Assembly (NCBI RefSeq): GCF_964355755.1 | Contig: NC_092672.1 | Span: 29,766,437-29,830,436, forward strand | Source of the DNA: Antedon mediterranea | Taxonomy: Eukaryota; Animalia; Echinodermata | DNA: 64,000 nt | Reading direction: 5' to 3' | In this document: in pieces, positions 37,420 through 50,227 of the stretch | How positions within the stretch are numbered: the first letter of the stretch is position 1 | How the letters are laid out: the number at the start of each line of letters is the position of its first letter | Notes under the pieces: model-generated | What the model saw: the letters and a program-made list of their open reading frames with translations, nothing else | The model's database searches: none | What the model was told of the DNA's origin: nothing | Translations under genes and position numbers: made by a program

Positions 37420-39810
37420 CCAACTATAGACCAATCAGCATTTTAAGTGTTTTGTCAAAAGTTCTTGAAAGAGCAGTTTATGTTCAAATCGAAAAGTACC
37501 TTAAAGATAATAACATAATGTTCGAATTTCAGTCAGGATTTATAAAACATTTTTCTACCGACTCTTGTTTAATCCATATTAATGATTATATTAGAAATCA
37601 AATGTCAATTGGCAATTAAATTGGCGTTGTATCTTTAGATTTATTTGCAAAAAGCATTTGACACAGTTGACCATGGTATATTGATCGAAAAACTAAAGGC
37701 AATTGGGATTGGACCAATAGATTGGTTCAAATCATATCTTAAGAATAGGCAACAATTAGTATATACAAATAAGGTAGAATCTAAGCCACTTGGAATTTCT
37801 CATGGTGTGCCTCAAGGAAGTATATTGGGGCCTCTATTATTTCTATGCTATGTTAACGATATGAAAATAAGTGTAAATTGTAAGTTGATTTTATACGCTG
37901 ACGACAGCGTTCTTTTAGTATCTGGAAAGAACCCATGTGTAATAGCCTCAAGACTAAGTTCTTCAGAATTGTCAGCCTGTGTAATAAATGGCTAATTGAC
38001 AACAAGTTATCCCTCCATATGGGAAAAACTGAGGCCATGTTATTTGGAACCAAACATAAAATGAAAATGGTCAGGGATTTTAAAGTATACTGTGATGAAA
38101 TCCTTATAAAGACAGTGTCAACAATCAAATATTTAGGTGTAACACTTGATGAAAATCTCTCAGGTGAACAAATATTAATCCAAAGTATAAAATGTATAAA
38201 TGGTATAGATAACAGCATAAGTATTATTGGAAAGTTTGGAGAGGTTTCTGGATTAAAATTAAATAAGAATAAAACAAATGCTTTTTGGCTTGGCAGTTTA
38301 AGAGACTGCAAGGACACACATGGTAACATTTCTTGGACATCCACACCAATTCGGATATTAGGTATCTATGTTGGACATGATAAGGAATATTGTTATCAAA
38401 AGAACTGGAAAGAAAAAATAGACGCATTAGAAAATACCCTAAAAACATGGGAGAAAAGACACCTCACTTTTTTTGGAAGAATTACTATTGTAAAAACATT
38501 AGCGCTCTCAAAAATTATATACAATTCCTGCATTTTGCTAGTACCAGAAAAAATAATAAAAGAGGTGGATAAATTAATTTTTAAATTCATTTGGGAAACT
38601 AAGAAAGAGAAAATAAAAAGAAAAACCATGTGTGCCAATTACAGTCAAGGTGGTCTAAAAATGGTAGAATTCAGATCTCAGGTAATATCTTTCCAAGTTA
38701 AATGGTACAGGAGACTGTATGAAAACGATGATGCCAAATGGAAATATTTACCTACATTTTATATAGAAAAGATAGGCCCAAAATCATTAACCTCAAATTT
38801 ATCAAAAGTTCCGTGTAATATATCCGTACCACCATTTTACCTCTCAGTTATTAAGTCTATAGCAGTAGCTAATGCTTGTAATAATAGATTAAATAAGAAA
38901 CCAATAAGCTATGATGACATTATTAATCAATCATTATGGGGTAATGAGTTTATATGTATTAAAAAGAAGCCGTTATATAACTGTAACTGGATTAGTTCAG
39001 GGTTTTTAAAAATATATGATGTAATAAGTAATAATGTGTTTAAGCCTGCGATAGAGATAAAAAGAAGGTTAAGATGTACACAAAATTGGATCAGTGAATA
39101 TTCATGTATATTGAAAGCCATTCCAAAAGAATGGAAATGTATTTTAAAATCAACACATGACATTAATGTAAATGATATACCTATTACAAACAATAAGGTC
39201 TTAAATATGACGTCTAGACAATTATATAGATTCATAATAGATGCTCAATATATTACACCTACGGCACAGGTTAAGTGGGAATCCATATTTGGTAATATGC
39301 CATGGACAAAAATATGGGTTAAAAAAGTTTCTGGTCTTAAAGAAAAAAAACTGGCACATTTTAATTTTAAATTGTTGCACAGAATATTGCCAACAAATGA
39401 AAGATTACATAGGTGGAGACTTGTAAATTCCCCATGTTGTGACACTTGCAATGTTATTGAGAATGATAAACATATGTTAGTAGAGTGCATAACAGTAAAA
39501 TGTTTATGGAGAGAGATAAACGAAATAATTAGAGCAGTAAGCATACATATTCCTGTTTTTTCTTTCAAAAGACTTTTATTTGAAACTGACAATAATTACG
39601 TAAATAAATTATACACTTTAGGAGCATTTTGTATTTATAAAGTAAAGATATTAAGTTTATTGGAAAAAGAAAAAAAAATCAATCTCCTACAAATGTTTAA
39701 ATCTGAAAAAAAGATAAGAAATATGTAAATCTGCAGGTATACTGTATATGCTCAACCAGATTAAGGAAGAAAATATGTAAATGAGATACCATGAATGATG
39801 AATCTATTAT

Positions 39811-39850
<40 letters not shown>

Positions 39851-42018
39851 ACTATACTGTATGTTTTGTAAACATGTATACCTTGATGATTTGAAAACAA
39901 AAAGACAAAATGTGAAAAGCTTTTTATAGATTGATGATAAAAAAAAAATGATGAAGGATAAGAAGGTTTAGGTTTAATTGGGGAAGTGTCTTCATCAAAG
40001 CTTTCATATTATAGGTATATACCGTATGTAATTTGCACATTCTTACTGCATGTGGAATTTTGAAATGATAAAATGGTTAAAAAGAAAAAAAAGAATGTCT
40101 AATTTTTTTAATGGATCATTAAACACAAATGTTGTTAAATGATAATGTATGTATAAAAAAATAATAGAATAAATAATAAGTAAAAAAAAATAATTGAATG
40201 AACCCACATAGGAAAAAAAAAAAGTTAAATGAAACTTTGATGGGTTATACTGTAGATGCAAAAAAGGATAATCTGTTGGAAATAAATTTTGTAAACATTT
40301 AAAGATCAAAAAAATCAATGTTAAAGGATGAGGAAAATATAATGTTAACAGTAAAAAGTTAGTAAGTAATTAGTATAACAGAGAATATGCATTGTTTAAA
40401 TGAAAATATGTTTGCATAGATAAATCCAAAGAAAAATAAAATGGGACAAACCCATGGGATGGATTTATTAAACATAAACGTATTATAATTGTATGAAATA
40501 TATATGCATGTAGATGAAAAAAACAAACAAAAACAACTATGTAAGAAAAAATAAGCTTTGTTAATGAAAATGTGTTATAGATAATATGTATAAAAAGAGG
40601 AAACTATGTAATCAATGTGGTTAAATGATAATGTATGTATAAACAAAATAATATATGGAAATAGTTTTTTTTTTTTTTAAAGAAAATAAGTAAAAAAAAA
40701 AAAAAAGTGGAATGAATCCACATAAGAGAAGAAAGTAAAAAAGTTAAATGAAAATTTAAGAAGTTATAGATGCAAAAAAGGATCTGCTGGTTTTGTAAAC
40801 ATTAAAGAACAAAAATATTAATATTAATGTTAAAGGATGAGAACAATATTATGTTAACAGTAAGCATGTAGTAAGTAATGAGTATAACAGAGAATATGCA
40901 TTGTTAAATGAAAATGTGGTAGATGAAAAAATCAAAAACAACTATGTAAGAAAAAAAAAAGCTTGTTAATGAAAATGTGTTACAGATAATATGTTTAATC
41001 AATGTGATAATATGTAAACAAATGAATAAATAAGTATATGTATACAGATGATTAAACAAACATTGTAAATATAATGATATGTATAGTGTATAGTGAAAAA
41101 TATATGTAAAGAGAACAGTGGTTTGGAAATAAAAGTGGGATGAACCCACATAAGATAAAAAAAAAAATGTATAAATGGTAGACTTAAATTTCTCTATAGA
41201 CAAGCATCTTTTCCTAGAGAAAAACGAACGAAAAATTCTTTGCTATGCCCTCATTCAAAACCACTTTGACTATGCGTGTTCATCGTGGTACACTGCAGCA
41301 CCAAAAACACTAAAAAATAAACTGCAGATTATGAAAAACAAAATGGTGAGATTTATTCTTAATGAAGGTCCTCGATTTCATGTAGGACAAAAGAACTAGA
41401 TAGCTTAGGGCTATTGTGTGTTGAGGATAGGGTGACTCAAATAAAATTAAACACTGTGCACAAAATGCAGTATAAAAATGTAGCATCTTATCTTGGTAAT
41501 AATTTTATAAAGGCTGGGAACCAACATGCACATGGTACCCGACAAAGTTATTTTAATTTGGTTCCACCAATCTCTTTTAAGGTTATAGATGGCACATTTT
41601 ATGCTTCAGCAATTAAAGAATGGAACAAATTACCAAGTACGATGAAAAGTACTGAGAGTGTAAATGTATTTAGAAATTTAGTTAAAAACAATCTCGCATC
41701 GAAACGGCATATCATCTAAACTTATTTTTAACTTTTTAAAACTTTTTTTACCTCAAGGACTCCAATGGAAATAAACCTGAGTTATTGGTTTTCTTGGACG
41801 ATCCTGATCGAAATCACTTTTTCTCACCCTTTTTATCTCTTTTAAGATTTTTTAATGGTTTTTAAATATTTTAAACTTTGTTTTTATACGGTTTTAGATG
41901 TTTTAAAATATTTTTATCATTGTTTTATATGTTGTTTTTATACTGTTTTATTCATGAACCTTTTTTACTTGTTTTTATGAGATTTTGATCAAATAAATGA
42001 ATGAATGAATGAATGAAT
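37420..42018 (+). mobile_element. 5'-truncated CR1/L2-group (Crack/Daphne-like) LINE, interrupted by an L1/Tx1-like insertion
   Basis: [31 protein letters not shown] at 37420-38205. Resumes at 41181 (INGRLKFLYRQ...HFDYACSSW). Ends AATAAA plus (TGAA)n at 41992-42018. Confidence 0.9.
38206..41163 (+). mobile_element. 5'-truncated L1/Tx1-clade retrotransposon with long 3' extension
   Basis: FGEVSGLKLNKNKT, ILGI, LTFFGRITIVKTL, GGL, LPTNERLHRW, CDTC...E...HMLVEC (zf-RVT). 17-bp TSD AAAATGTATAAATGGTA at 38189-38205 and 41164-41180, preceded by an A run. Confidence 0.9.
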
Positions 42019-42097
42019 AGTTTGAATTTAATTAAAAATAAAAACAAATTTATCAAAATTATTTGTAGCTATTTTAATTTAATATGCCAATTCAATA

Positions 42098-45000
42098 TAG
42101 ACAGGTTCCATTTCTCAAAAAACGGCCTAGAAAACGAATCAAGAAGCATTTTTGGGTAGAAGCTGGGATCCACTTGATTTAGGATATTTCGACCTCGCTG
42201 ATTACGAATATGGCGGATCCCAAGCGAAATTCGGCCATCTAAGCCCTTAATTTGCATAATTAAAATGGCGGCCATTTTTTATAATTACCCTATATCTCGA
42301 GAACCACTAGTCACAGATAATTAATTTTGGTCTCAAAATGTTTTAAATATATGTTTTTATATTCACTTTAATGACACATTTTCTCAAAAAATGGATGCAA
42401 GTCTTATTTCTGACATTTTGACCTTTGACCTTTATTTATCGTATCTCAGTAACCAATAATCGGAGAGACACGAAATAGGGCTCAAATTGTTCAGAAACTA
42501 TACATTCATATTTATTATAATGAAATGTTTTTACAAAAAATGGCCGATTCTACAACTATTGACCTTTGAACTATTAGTCAAATATAATAATATAATAATA
42601 ATATAACTTTGAAAATTGTGCTCTTATGAATTTTTTTTTCTTTTTAAATTGTTTAAAACATGTGTGTTTCTATCCAGTCTTAATGGCACATTGTGTACAA
42701 GAATGGCCGATAGTATGGTTATTGACCTTTAAACTACAGCATAGGCCTACTGTATACTAAATATAATATAATTGCATAACTATGAAATTATTTATACACA
42801 ATAATAATTAGTAAAATTATAAAATTCACTGCCATCAAATATGATGGAGTATGATTATAGATTTTTAAAAATGTGAACATGTCAGCTACATTAGGAAATT
42901 ACCTGCCATCAATATGATGGATTATGATTATACTAGATTTAAAAAAGAATTTGAACACGTAAGCTACATTTGAAAATTACCTGCCATCAATATGATGGAT
43001 TATGATTATAGATTTAAAAAAGAATTTGAACACATCAGCTACATTTGGAAATTTGGAAATTACCTGCCATCAATATGATGGATTATGATTGTATAGTACC
43101 TGCCATCAATATGATGGATTATGTTTATAGATTTAAAAAAGAATTTGAACACGTAAGCTACATTTGAAAATTACCTGCCATCAATATGATGGATTATGAT
43201 TGTATAGATTTAAAAGAAAATGTGAACACGTAAGCTACATTTGGAATGAACATGTTAAGGGCATCAGTTTAAGATCATTCATGCAAAGGTTTCCGTCATC
43301 TTTAGCGTTGTTACAGCGGCATAAAACTGTACATGGTAGTTTTGACTTCTTGCGCCTACATCTATTGGTTATGCATCGCGTGTCTTGCATCCACAATAAA
43401 TCAAATCTAACGAAGCAGTAGGAATAGCTTCATTTTTCAGAAGCACTGGTTGAAGTTTACCATTAGATAGCTCCCAACCAAAATCTGTTGGTGATGGCAA
43501 ATGCTGGATTGGCGATACAGCTTTTTTCCATACGAGTGCTTGGAAGTGTGCTCTTTTTATATGTTGGTGCACTGCCTGTTGGAGGTAATGCCTCTGTTTT
43601 TTTTTTTTTTAAAGCCTAACTTCATTGGTACTTTTAACTTGACCAACACCGTAAACGTAGCAAATGAATCTTTCCGATTTCATAATAACTTGGTCACTGA
43701 TTTCTCCCAGGTCTTTAATTAGTTCATGATTTTTTTTTAATACTTCCCATGCCGATGCCTTTGAGTGACCACTTTAGATATGAACAGGGAAGAGTTAAAT
43801 TACTGTATGTATGTATTAATGTAATTTAACTCTTCCCTGGATATGAGGTAGTATCGCATCCACTAATAGTGTGGAATGGAATCAGTGCTTTTACATAACC
43901 CTCGGGCAAGGCTTGAAAAATGTCTTTTATAGATACTTTCTTTTTTTTGGATGTTCCTGTCATCATCCATTTGGATACCATGCTTTGGTAGTGAGACACT
44001 AGAATCACTAGTACGTCTGTATCCCTAGAAGCAACTACAACTGTGTCGTATCGGACATTGGCAGCATGACAAGTCTCGTGTCCGATTCTTCATGATCTGC
44101 GACCAGAGACAACGTATTCGTGTAGACTTTTGATGATTTAACAACTGATTCTTTCATAAATCCACCAGCTGTGACAATTTCTTTGTCTATAGGAGCTTGA
44201 CGAATCAACTCCTTTGATAGAAATCGTGCCAGATCTGCTTTATTATCTTGTAATGCCAAAAAGTTTGACCAGCAATTTGGCAGCGGTATTTCACCACTTT
44301 CTATAATTCGACGAATTGGTCTCTGTGTTTTGGTTCATCTTTGTCTAGTGGTGTCCTTTATCGACAGTTTTAAGTTAGGCATGCCATGTTAAAAAAAACA
44401 AAAAATCAGAGGCATTACCTCCAACAAGCGATGCAGTGCACAAGCATATAAAAAGAGCACACTTCCAAGCACTCGTATTGAAAAAAGCTGTATCGCCAAT
44501 CCAGCATTTGCCATCCACCAACAGATTTTGGTTGGGAGCTATCTAATGGTAAACTTCAATCAGTGCTTTAGTCGAGTCAAACTGTTTCATTACCCCAAAA
44601 AAATTGCAAAAAAATGTTTTTTGATGAATTACAATAAAAAATGGTCTCAAAAAACATATATCAAAAGTTTACCAAAATCGGACTACCGCAAAGGTTCAAA
44701 ATTTGACGTTAAAAAAGATGGCAGCCAATTTTTGAAAATCGGTAACCGCTTGAAGTAGACAGCTGTATTTGGTGTCAAATTGTTCAAAATATATATGTTT
44801 ATATTTACACTTTTTGAACATTTTGTTGAAACATGACCGGAAATTCCATTTTGTGACCTTTGACATATATGGCATGATGTTTATATATCTACGTAACTGC
44901 AAACCATAGAGTCTTGATATTGGTGTCAAAATGTTCAGAACATACATATTTATCTTTACTCTTTTTAAACATTTTGTTGAAACATGACCAGAAATTCCAT

Positions 45001-45761
45001 TTTGTGACCTTTGACCCATATATGGCATAAAAAAATGTTCATATCTACGTAACTAAAAATCATAGAACCTTGATATATAAATAATTTCATAGTTATGCAA
45101 TATTATATTTAGTATACAGTAGGCCTATGCTGTAGTTTAAAGGTCAATAACCATACTATCGGCCATTCTTGTACAAAATGTGCCATTAGACTGGATAGAA
45201 ACACACATGTTTTAAACAATTTAAAAAGAAAAAAAAAATCATAAGAGCACAATTTTCAAAGTTATATTATTATTATATTATTATATTTGACTAATAGTTC
45301 AAAGGTCAATAGTTGTAGAATCGGCCATTTTTTGTAAAAACATTTCATTATAATAAATATGAATGTATAGTTTCTGAACAATTTGAGCCCTATTTCGTGT
45401 CTCTCCGATTATTGGTTACTGAGATACGATAAATAAAGGTCAAAGGTCAAAATGTCAGAAATAAGACTTGCATCCATTTTTTGAGAAAATGTGTCATTAA
45501 AGTGAATATAAAAACATATATTTAAAACATTTTGAGACCAAAATTAATTATCTGTGACTAGTGGTTCTCGAGATATAGGGTAATTATAAAAAATGGCCGC
45601 CATTTTTAATTATGCAAATTAAGGGCTTAGATGGCCGAATTTCGCTTGGGATCCGCCATATTCGTAATCAGCGAGGTCGAAATATCCTAAATCAAGTGGA
45701 TCCCAGCTTCTACCCAAAAATGCTTCTTACACCATATTTCAGAGGAAATAGAACTTGTCTA
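42098..45761 (-). mobile_element. Academ-like DNA transposon, internally deleted, about 680-bp TIRs
   Basis: TAG...CTA termini, 3-bp TSD ATA, near-identical inverted arms (about 42098-42795 vs 45078-45761). Minus-strand transposase fragments NKADLARFL, HEESDTR, FHTISGCDTTS, QHIKRAHFQALVWK, PTDFGW, CGCK plus a Cys-rich tail. Confidence 0.85.
42830..43245. repeat. About 75-bp tandem repeat inside the Academ-like element
   Basis: Six copies of CTGCCATCAATATGATGGATTATG, most followed by ...GAACACGTAAGCTACATTTG. Confidence 0.9.
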
Positions 45762-45979
45762 ATATTCTAATATTGAATTGGAATAATAATTTCCCCCATT
45801 TTATTTTCCCAATCATTGATTGAAAAATCAAAATGCTAATTTATCTGTATGTCCTGCCATTCATACTTAAAAGTAAGAAATTATATCTGTTACTAATACT
45901 AGTTAGTGATAGACGAATGAACCAAAAACTAATATTGCATGAAACAAAATTCACTGTTACAAGGAAGGCAAAATGAATA

Positions 45980-46140
45980 ATTATGAATCTGGGGAAGAAA
46001 ATAGAAAATGGAGATGGCATCCTTCTGTATTAGGGGCATTAAAAGCTTGTCAAGAACGTATTCATTGTGGCTGTAAAACATGTGTAATAAGTGGAAATTG
46101 TAAATGTTGAATCGGTGAATTTAGTTGCACTGCTTTTATT
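45980..46140 (+). pseudogene. Decayed Cys-rich C-terminus of a second Academ-like transposase
   Basis: Reads KACQERIHCGCKT...NCKC...FSCTA, the same pattern as the LIYCGCK...C tail at about 43290-43420. Confidence 0.55.
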
Positions 46141-46260
46141 ATAAAATGAACGATTTTCGTGCTAAGAACCCCTACCACACAACAATGATAGTAATACAAT
46201 AAAAGAAATATAAAATAAAGATGTGGACTGACTTAATTTCTAAGCCTATGTTGGTAACAA

Positions 46261-46296
46261 CATGGAGGTATAAAATAATTATTTTATACCTCCATG
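46261..46296. mobile_element. 36-bp perfect palindromic micro-insertion with 7-bp TSD
   Basis: CATGGAGGTATAAAATAA-TTATTTTATACCTCCATG flanked by GTAACAA (46254-46260, 46297-46303). Confidence 0.8.
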
Positions 46297-46644
46297 GTAA
46301 CAATAGTTCAGTTTACCAAAGTTGTTTGTTTTTCCAGTTAAAGAAGATTGACCAGGCATGGTAGGGCTGCAGGATTGTTTAACGTAGAAGTGCTAATATA
46401 GTCTATTTTATATAACACCTAAATAAATTCCTGTCATGTGATTGGACCATTGTGGGTTACATGGCGTGCAATAGTCACTATTAAACGATCGTTTAATAGT
46501 ACTTTTTAAACATTTTTGTGTACGGATGAAAAAAAAAATCTAGTCAAATTACTGTGAAATACTACAGCGCCGCCTGTTGTCTTGCCTCAGTTTTGTTTGT
46601 AAACACTAGCAGCAGCAGATTTTTGTGTACGATTTGGAGAGATA

Positions 46645-48859
46645 TATAATTAGGTGATCATTTAGAATAAAATGATTACCTATTGTTATTGTATGAAATC
46701 TTTATTCTTTCTGTACAATATTTTGTGTAACAATTATCTCAAAAAGTTAAATGTCAATGATTACCAAAATTTCACAATGTCTTTCAAATACTGTAACTTA
46801 GTCCTAATAAGCTTTTCAGTGTGATCATTCATCCGTGACGTCATTTATACGCCATTTTGTGAAATCACATTATCAATCATATTTCCATAACTCATTATCA
46901 CATATTAATAAAATTCACTACACGTAAACTTCAGGTCAAGGGTAAAAATATTAGCAAATAAAAACGCACGCGCACGTAGGGTCATACGCGTAAAATCGCG
47001 CGTTAAAAATTTAAAAAGCTCAAAATTATGTTTTGATCAATTTAGAGCATGAATTAGGCCATTTGCGTGTTTTAAAAAATTACTGCGCAAAAACTCGTTT
47101 TTGTGCGTGCGTACACAGAAAGTGTAAAAAAATACAATTTTTTTGTACAAACTGCATTCTACTCATCTTCCTTGGTACATCCACCAAGTTTGAGTCCATT
47201 TCGACTTAAAATAGTGCTATACGAGCACGTTAAAAATGACAAAATGCGCACATTAATTGTACAAAAGTGCTAAAAATGGTATATTCCTTGTATACGGCCG
47301 ATTACAGATCTTTAAATGATGAGCTTTGCCCCGTTGTTAAATTCGCTGATGACACTAGTACTATTGGTCTCATAGTTTCAAACAATGATGAAAATTATCG
47401 TAGCGAAATACAAAGATTTGTTAAATTTTGTGCCGATAATTATCTCCAAATAAATGCATCAAAAACAAAGGAGATGATCATTGATTTTAGGACTAAACAT
47501 AAATTTAATTTTCAACCAATCACTATCAAAGGTAAAGAAATTGAAATTGTTGACCAGTACAAGTATCTAGGAATTGTTTTCAATGATAAACTGAGTTGGG
47601 GAGACCATATAGACTTCATCAGCAAAAAATTAAATCCCAGAATGTATTGTATGAGAACTTTATATAAATTTAACTCCTGTGATTTGATGTTACTTTCGTT
47701 CTATAGATCCGTTATATGTAGTGTTTGGACGTATTGCCTCTCCTGTTGGAGGGAATAAAGGACGCCTTGAAACTTTCATCCGTCGGGCTGGTAAAATGAT
47801 TGGTCTGGAACTGCCTTCCTTTACCGAAGTGCACCTAGAACACCTCCAGAAAGATTTCGAACGCATTTAGTCGGATGCCTCTCATCCTCTCTACAAAGTG
47901 ATCATAGACCAACTTAATCCAAGTGGTAGATTGAGGCTCCTCAGTGTGAAAACAAATCGATTTGCTAAATCCTTTATTCCCTCCGGTATCATCTAGTACA
48001 ACAGGAAGTCAAGAAGATAATTTTATCTTGTAATTTTTTAGATGTTTTTATATGAATGGTTTTATGCTATATTTGTTTTTATTGTGTTTTCTTTGTTATT
48101 ATGACGAGCAATGAATTTCCTTTTTGAGGATCAATAAAAGTTATCTTATCTTATCTTAAAAAATAAGGCATTTCTGAAATGAAAATAATTCTTCAGAATG
48201 CACAGTGACCCCCAATTTTTTAAACTTATTATGGAAGCCAATGAGTTGCTATATAAATGTATACACATTAGACGTACAAAATGGTATGACGTCACCATTT
48301 GGTCACATGAATTTTTAAAATAGGGGTTTTCCCCCTTTTGTCATAGACCACCATATTCAACAGAGCGCAACTCGCTTATCTGTGATCGATTTTCTTTTAA
48401 TTTTTAATACATTCTACCTCAACCAATTATGTTACTAATGAGTTGCCAATACTTTCTTTTGGATGACTTCATCACGTCTTAAAATTTAAATAACGGGGTT
48501 ACGTAATTTTACCTACGGTACAACGTATATTTGAATACCATACAGCTCTTCTGAATTAATTAATTATTATTAAATTATTATTATAATTAATTAAATTTTT
48601 TTTGATAATGTCATCAGTGCCAAAAACTTAGAACATGATGTGTGTCCGTAATTTCACCAATGCTACACTGTACAAGATATACAGTATACTGTACATAATG
48701 GCCTATATTAATAGGCACAACTCAGCACTAAAGGCGTATAAGAGGATGGCATACATCAACATTTTCCGATTGTACGTGCATGTTTAAAAAATATTAATGT
48801 CAATAAAATGATAAAAATGATCACCTATAATTCGTCAAAGTGACGAATTAAATTCTAGT
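46645..48859 (+). mobile_element. Non-autonomous Helentron/Helitron2-like element (relative of 19790-21109), carrying a LINE
   Basis: 5' palindrome TAGGTGATCATTT...AAATGATTACCTA, 3' sub-TIR AAATGATCACCTA, hairpin AATTCGTCA-AAG-TGACGAATT, CTAGT. Internal blocks resemble 19790-21109. Confidence 0.75.
47278..48158 (+). mobile_element. 5'-truncated Rex1/Babar-like LINE
   Basis: SLYTAD, KFADD, KTKEMIIDFR, YKYLG, DASHPL; AATAAA plus (TCTTA)n tail; possible AAAAAT TSD. Confidence 0.88.
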
Positions 48860-50227
48860 TATGTACTACAGGTATTAACTAATTTCATTCAAAAAGGCAT
48901 TTAAATTAACTTATTTAGATCGTTTTTAGGATTTGATAAAATAATGGGAACATTTCTACAAGACGTGGAATCGTTGGAAAAAACATAATTAGCCTAGATG
49001 AGTTTCAGTTGCCTGTCAAAGTTTGGTATTATTGCTGTCTTTCATCCTAGGCCTAGCTAGAGGCCTAGCACTAGTAGTACTAGGCCGCCGCCTAGGCGGC
49101 GCTAATGCAGTTTCGTACCCACCCCTTAAAATTACTCAAAATGGTTTCAATACTTCATCTAACCTACTCACGAGTTGTCTACAACATTCTGCAAGCATAA
49201 AATGGTAAAATATCGATAATTTGTTATTTATAACTATATTTATTCAATTAATAATTGAGCACCCTTCAGAAACCCATCGCCAGCTTGCTTCGCGAAAATC
49301 ATCGCTAGGCCTCCTGGCCTGCCGATAAAAGTACGGAGGCCTCTTAGGGCATCGATCTATAGAGGACGCTGTGACACATGCGTGATATGGATGGGCCTGT
49401 TATGGTCGCTTGACATGGAACAGCGCAGCAGTTTCTTGTTGTTAGACATGAACCGTACGAGAATCGGGTGAAATCGGAGAAAATGATGAATTATGAAATG
49501 AATTGTATAGCATTGTCAAACCTATTAAAAGTCAACTACGGATTTAGTTGTATGAATAATAACACAAACAAGTATATAGCCATCCATTAACAACATTTAC
49601 ATTTGGAATTAAACTGTAAAGTAAAGTATGATTATCGTTGGATAATATATTATAAATCCAGATTATAGAATTGAGGCGTAAATATTTCCAACAATGAACT
49701 TGTTCTTAAAGATATTTTCCTGTTACCGGAAATGTTGTCTACTAGATCGCTTCGCTAGCGTACCATCGAGGTCGTGCCCAGATGGATCTCGAATACACAG
49801 TAATTTCAGCGTAAAAAACTGGCGATTTTAAATGTACGTACGTCAGGACTATAATACATTGTCGTTTACAGAAACGAATAAATAGACACGATGATTTATA
49901 CAAAGAGAAACCAAATTTTTGATTTTTAGACTCATTTTAAAGAAACCCAATTTGTGTTCTGTAAACATTAAGTTTGAGGGAATGTACAACCATTTTAAAA
50001 TACATTCTTTATCCATTCAGCTACGAAATATTTTGTTAATGTTTTATAGGCCTATAAATAATATACCACTAAATACAGTAAAACATTTGCGATTTAATAC
50101 TTTGTTAAAACTGTCACTGTCATAGTCGATTGAAATAGTAAAGTAGCCTACATGTGAAGATACACCACTATGACGTTTATTTTTGTTGTATTTATCAATT
50201 AATACAAATGTTGAGAAGTAACTGTCA

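Noticed and set aside
37935-39728. Single novel 597-aa host gene
   Set aside because: It is a junction of two retrotransposons, shown by the 17-bp TSD and by the host LINE resuming at 41181.
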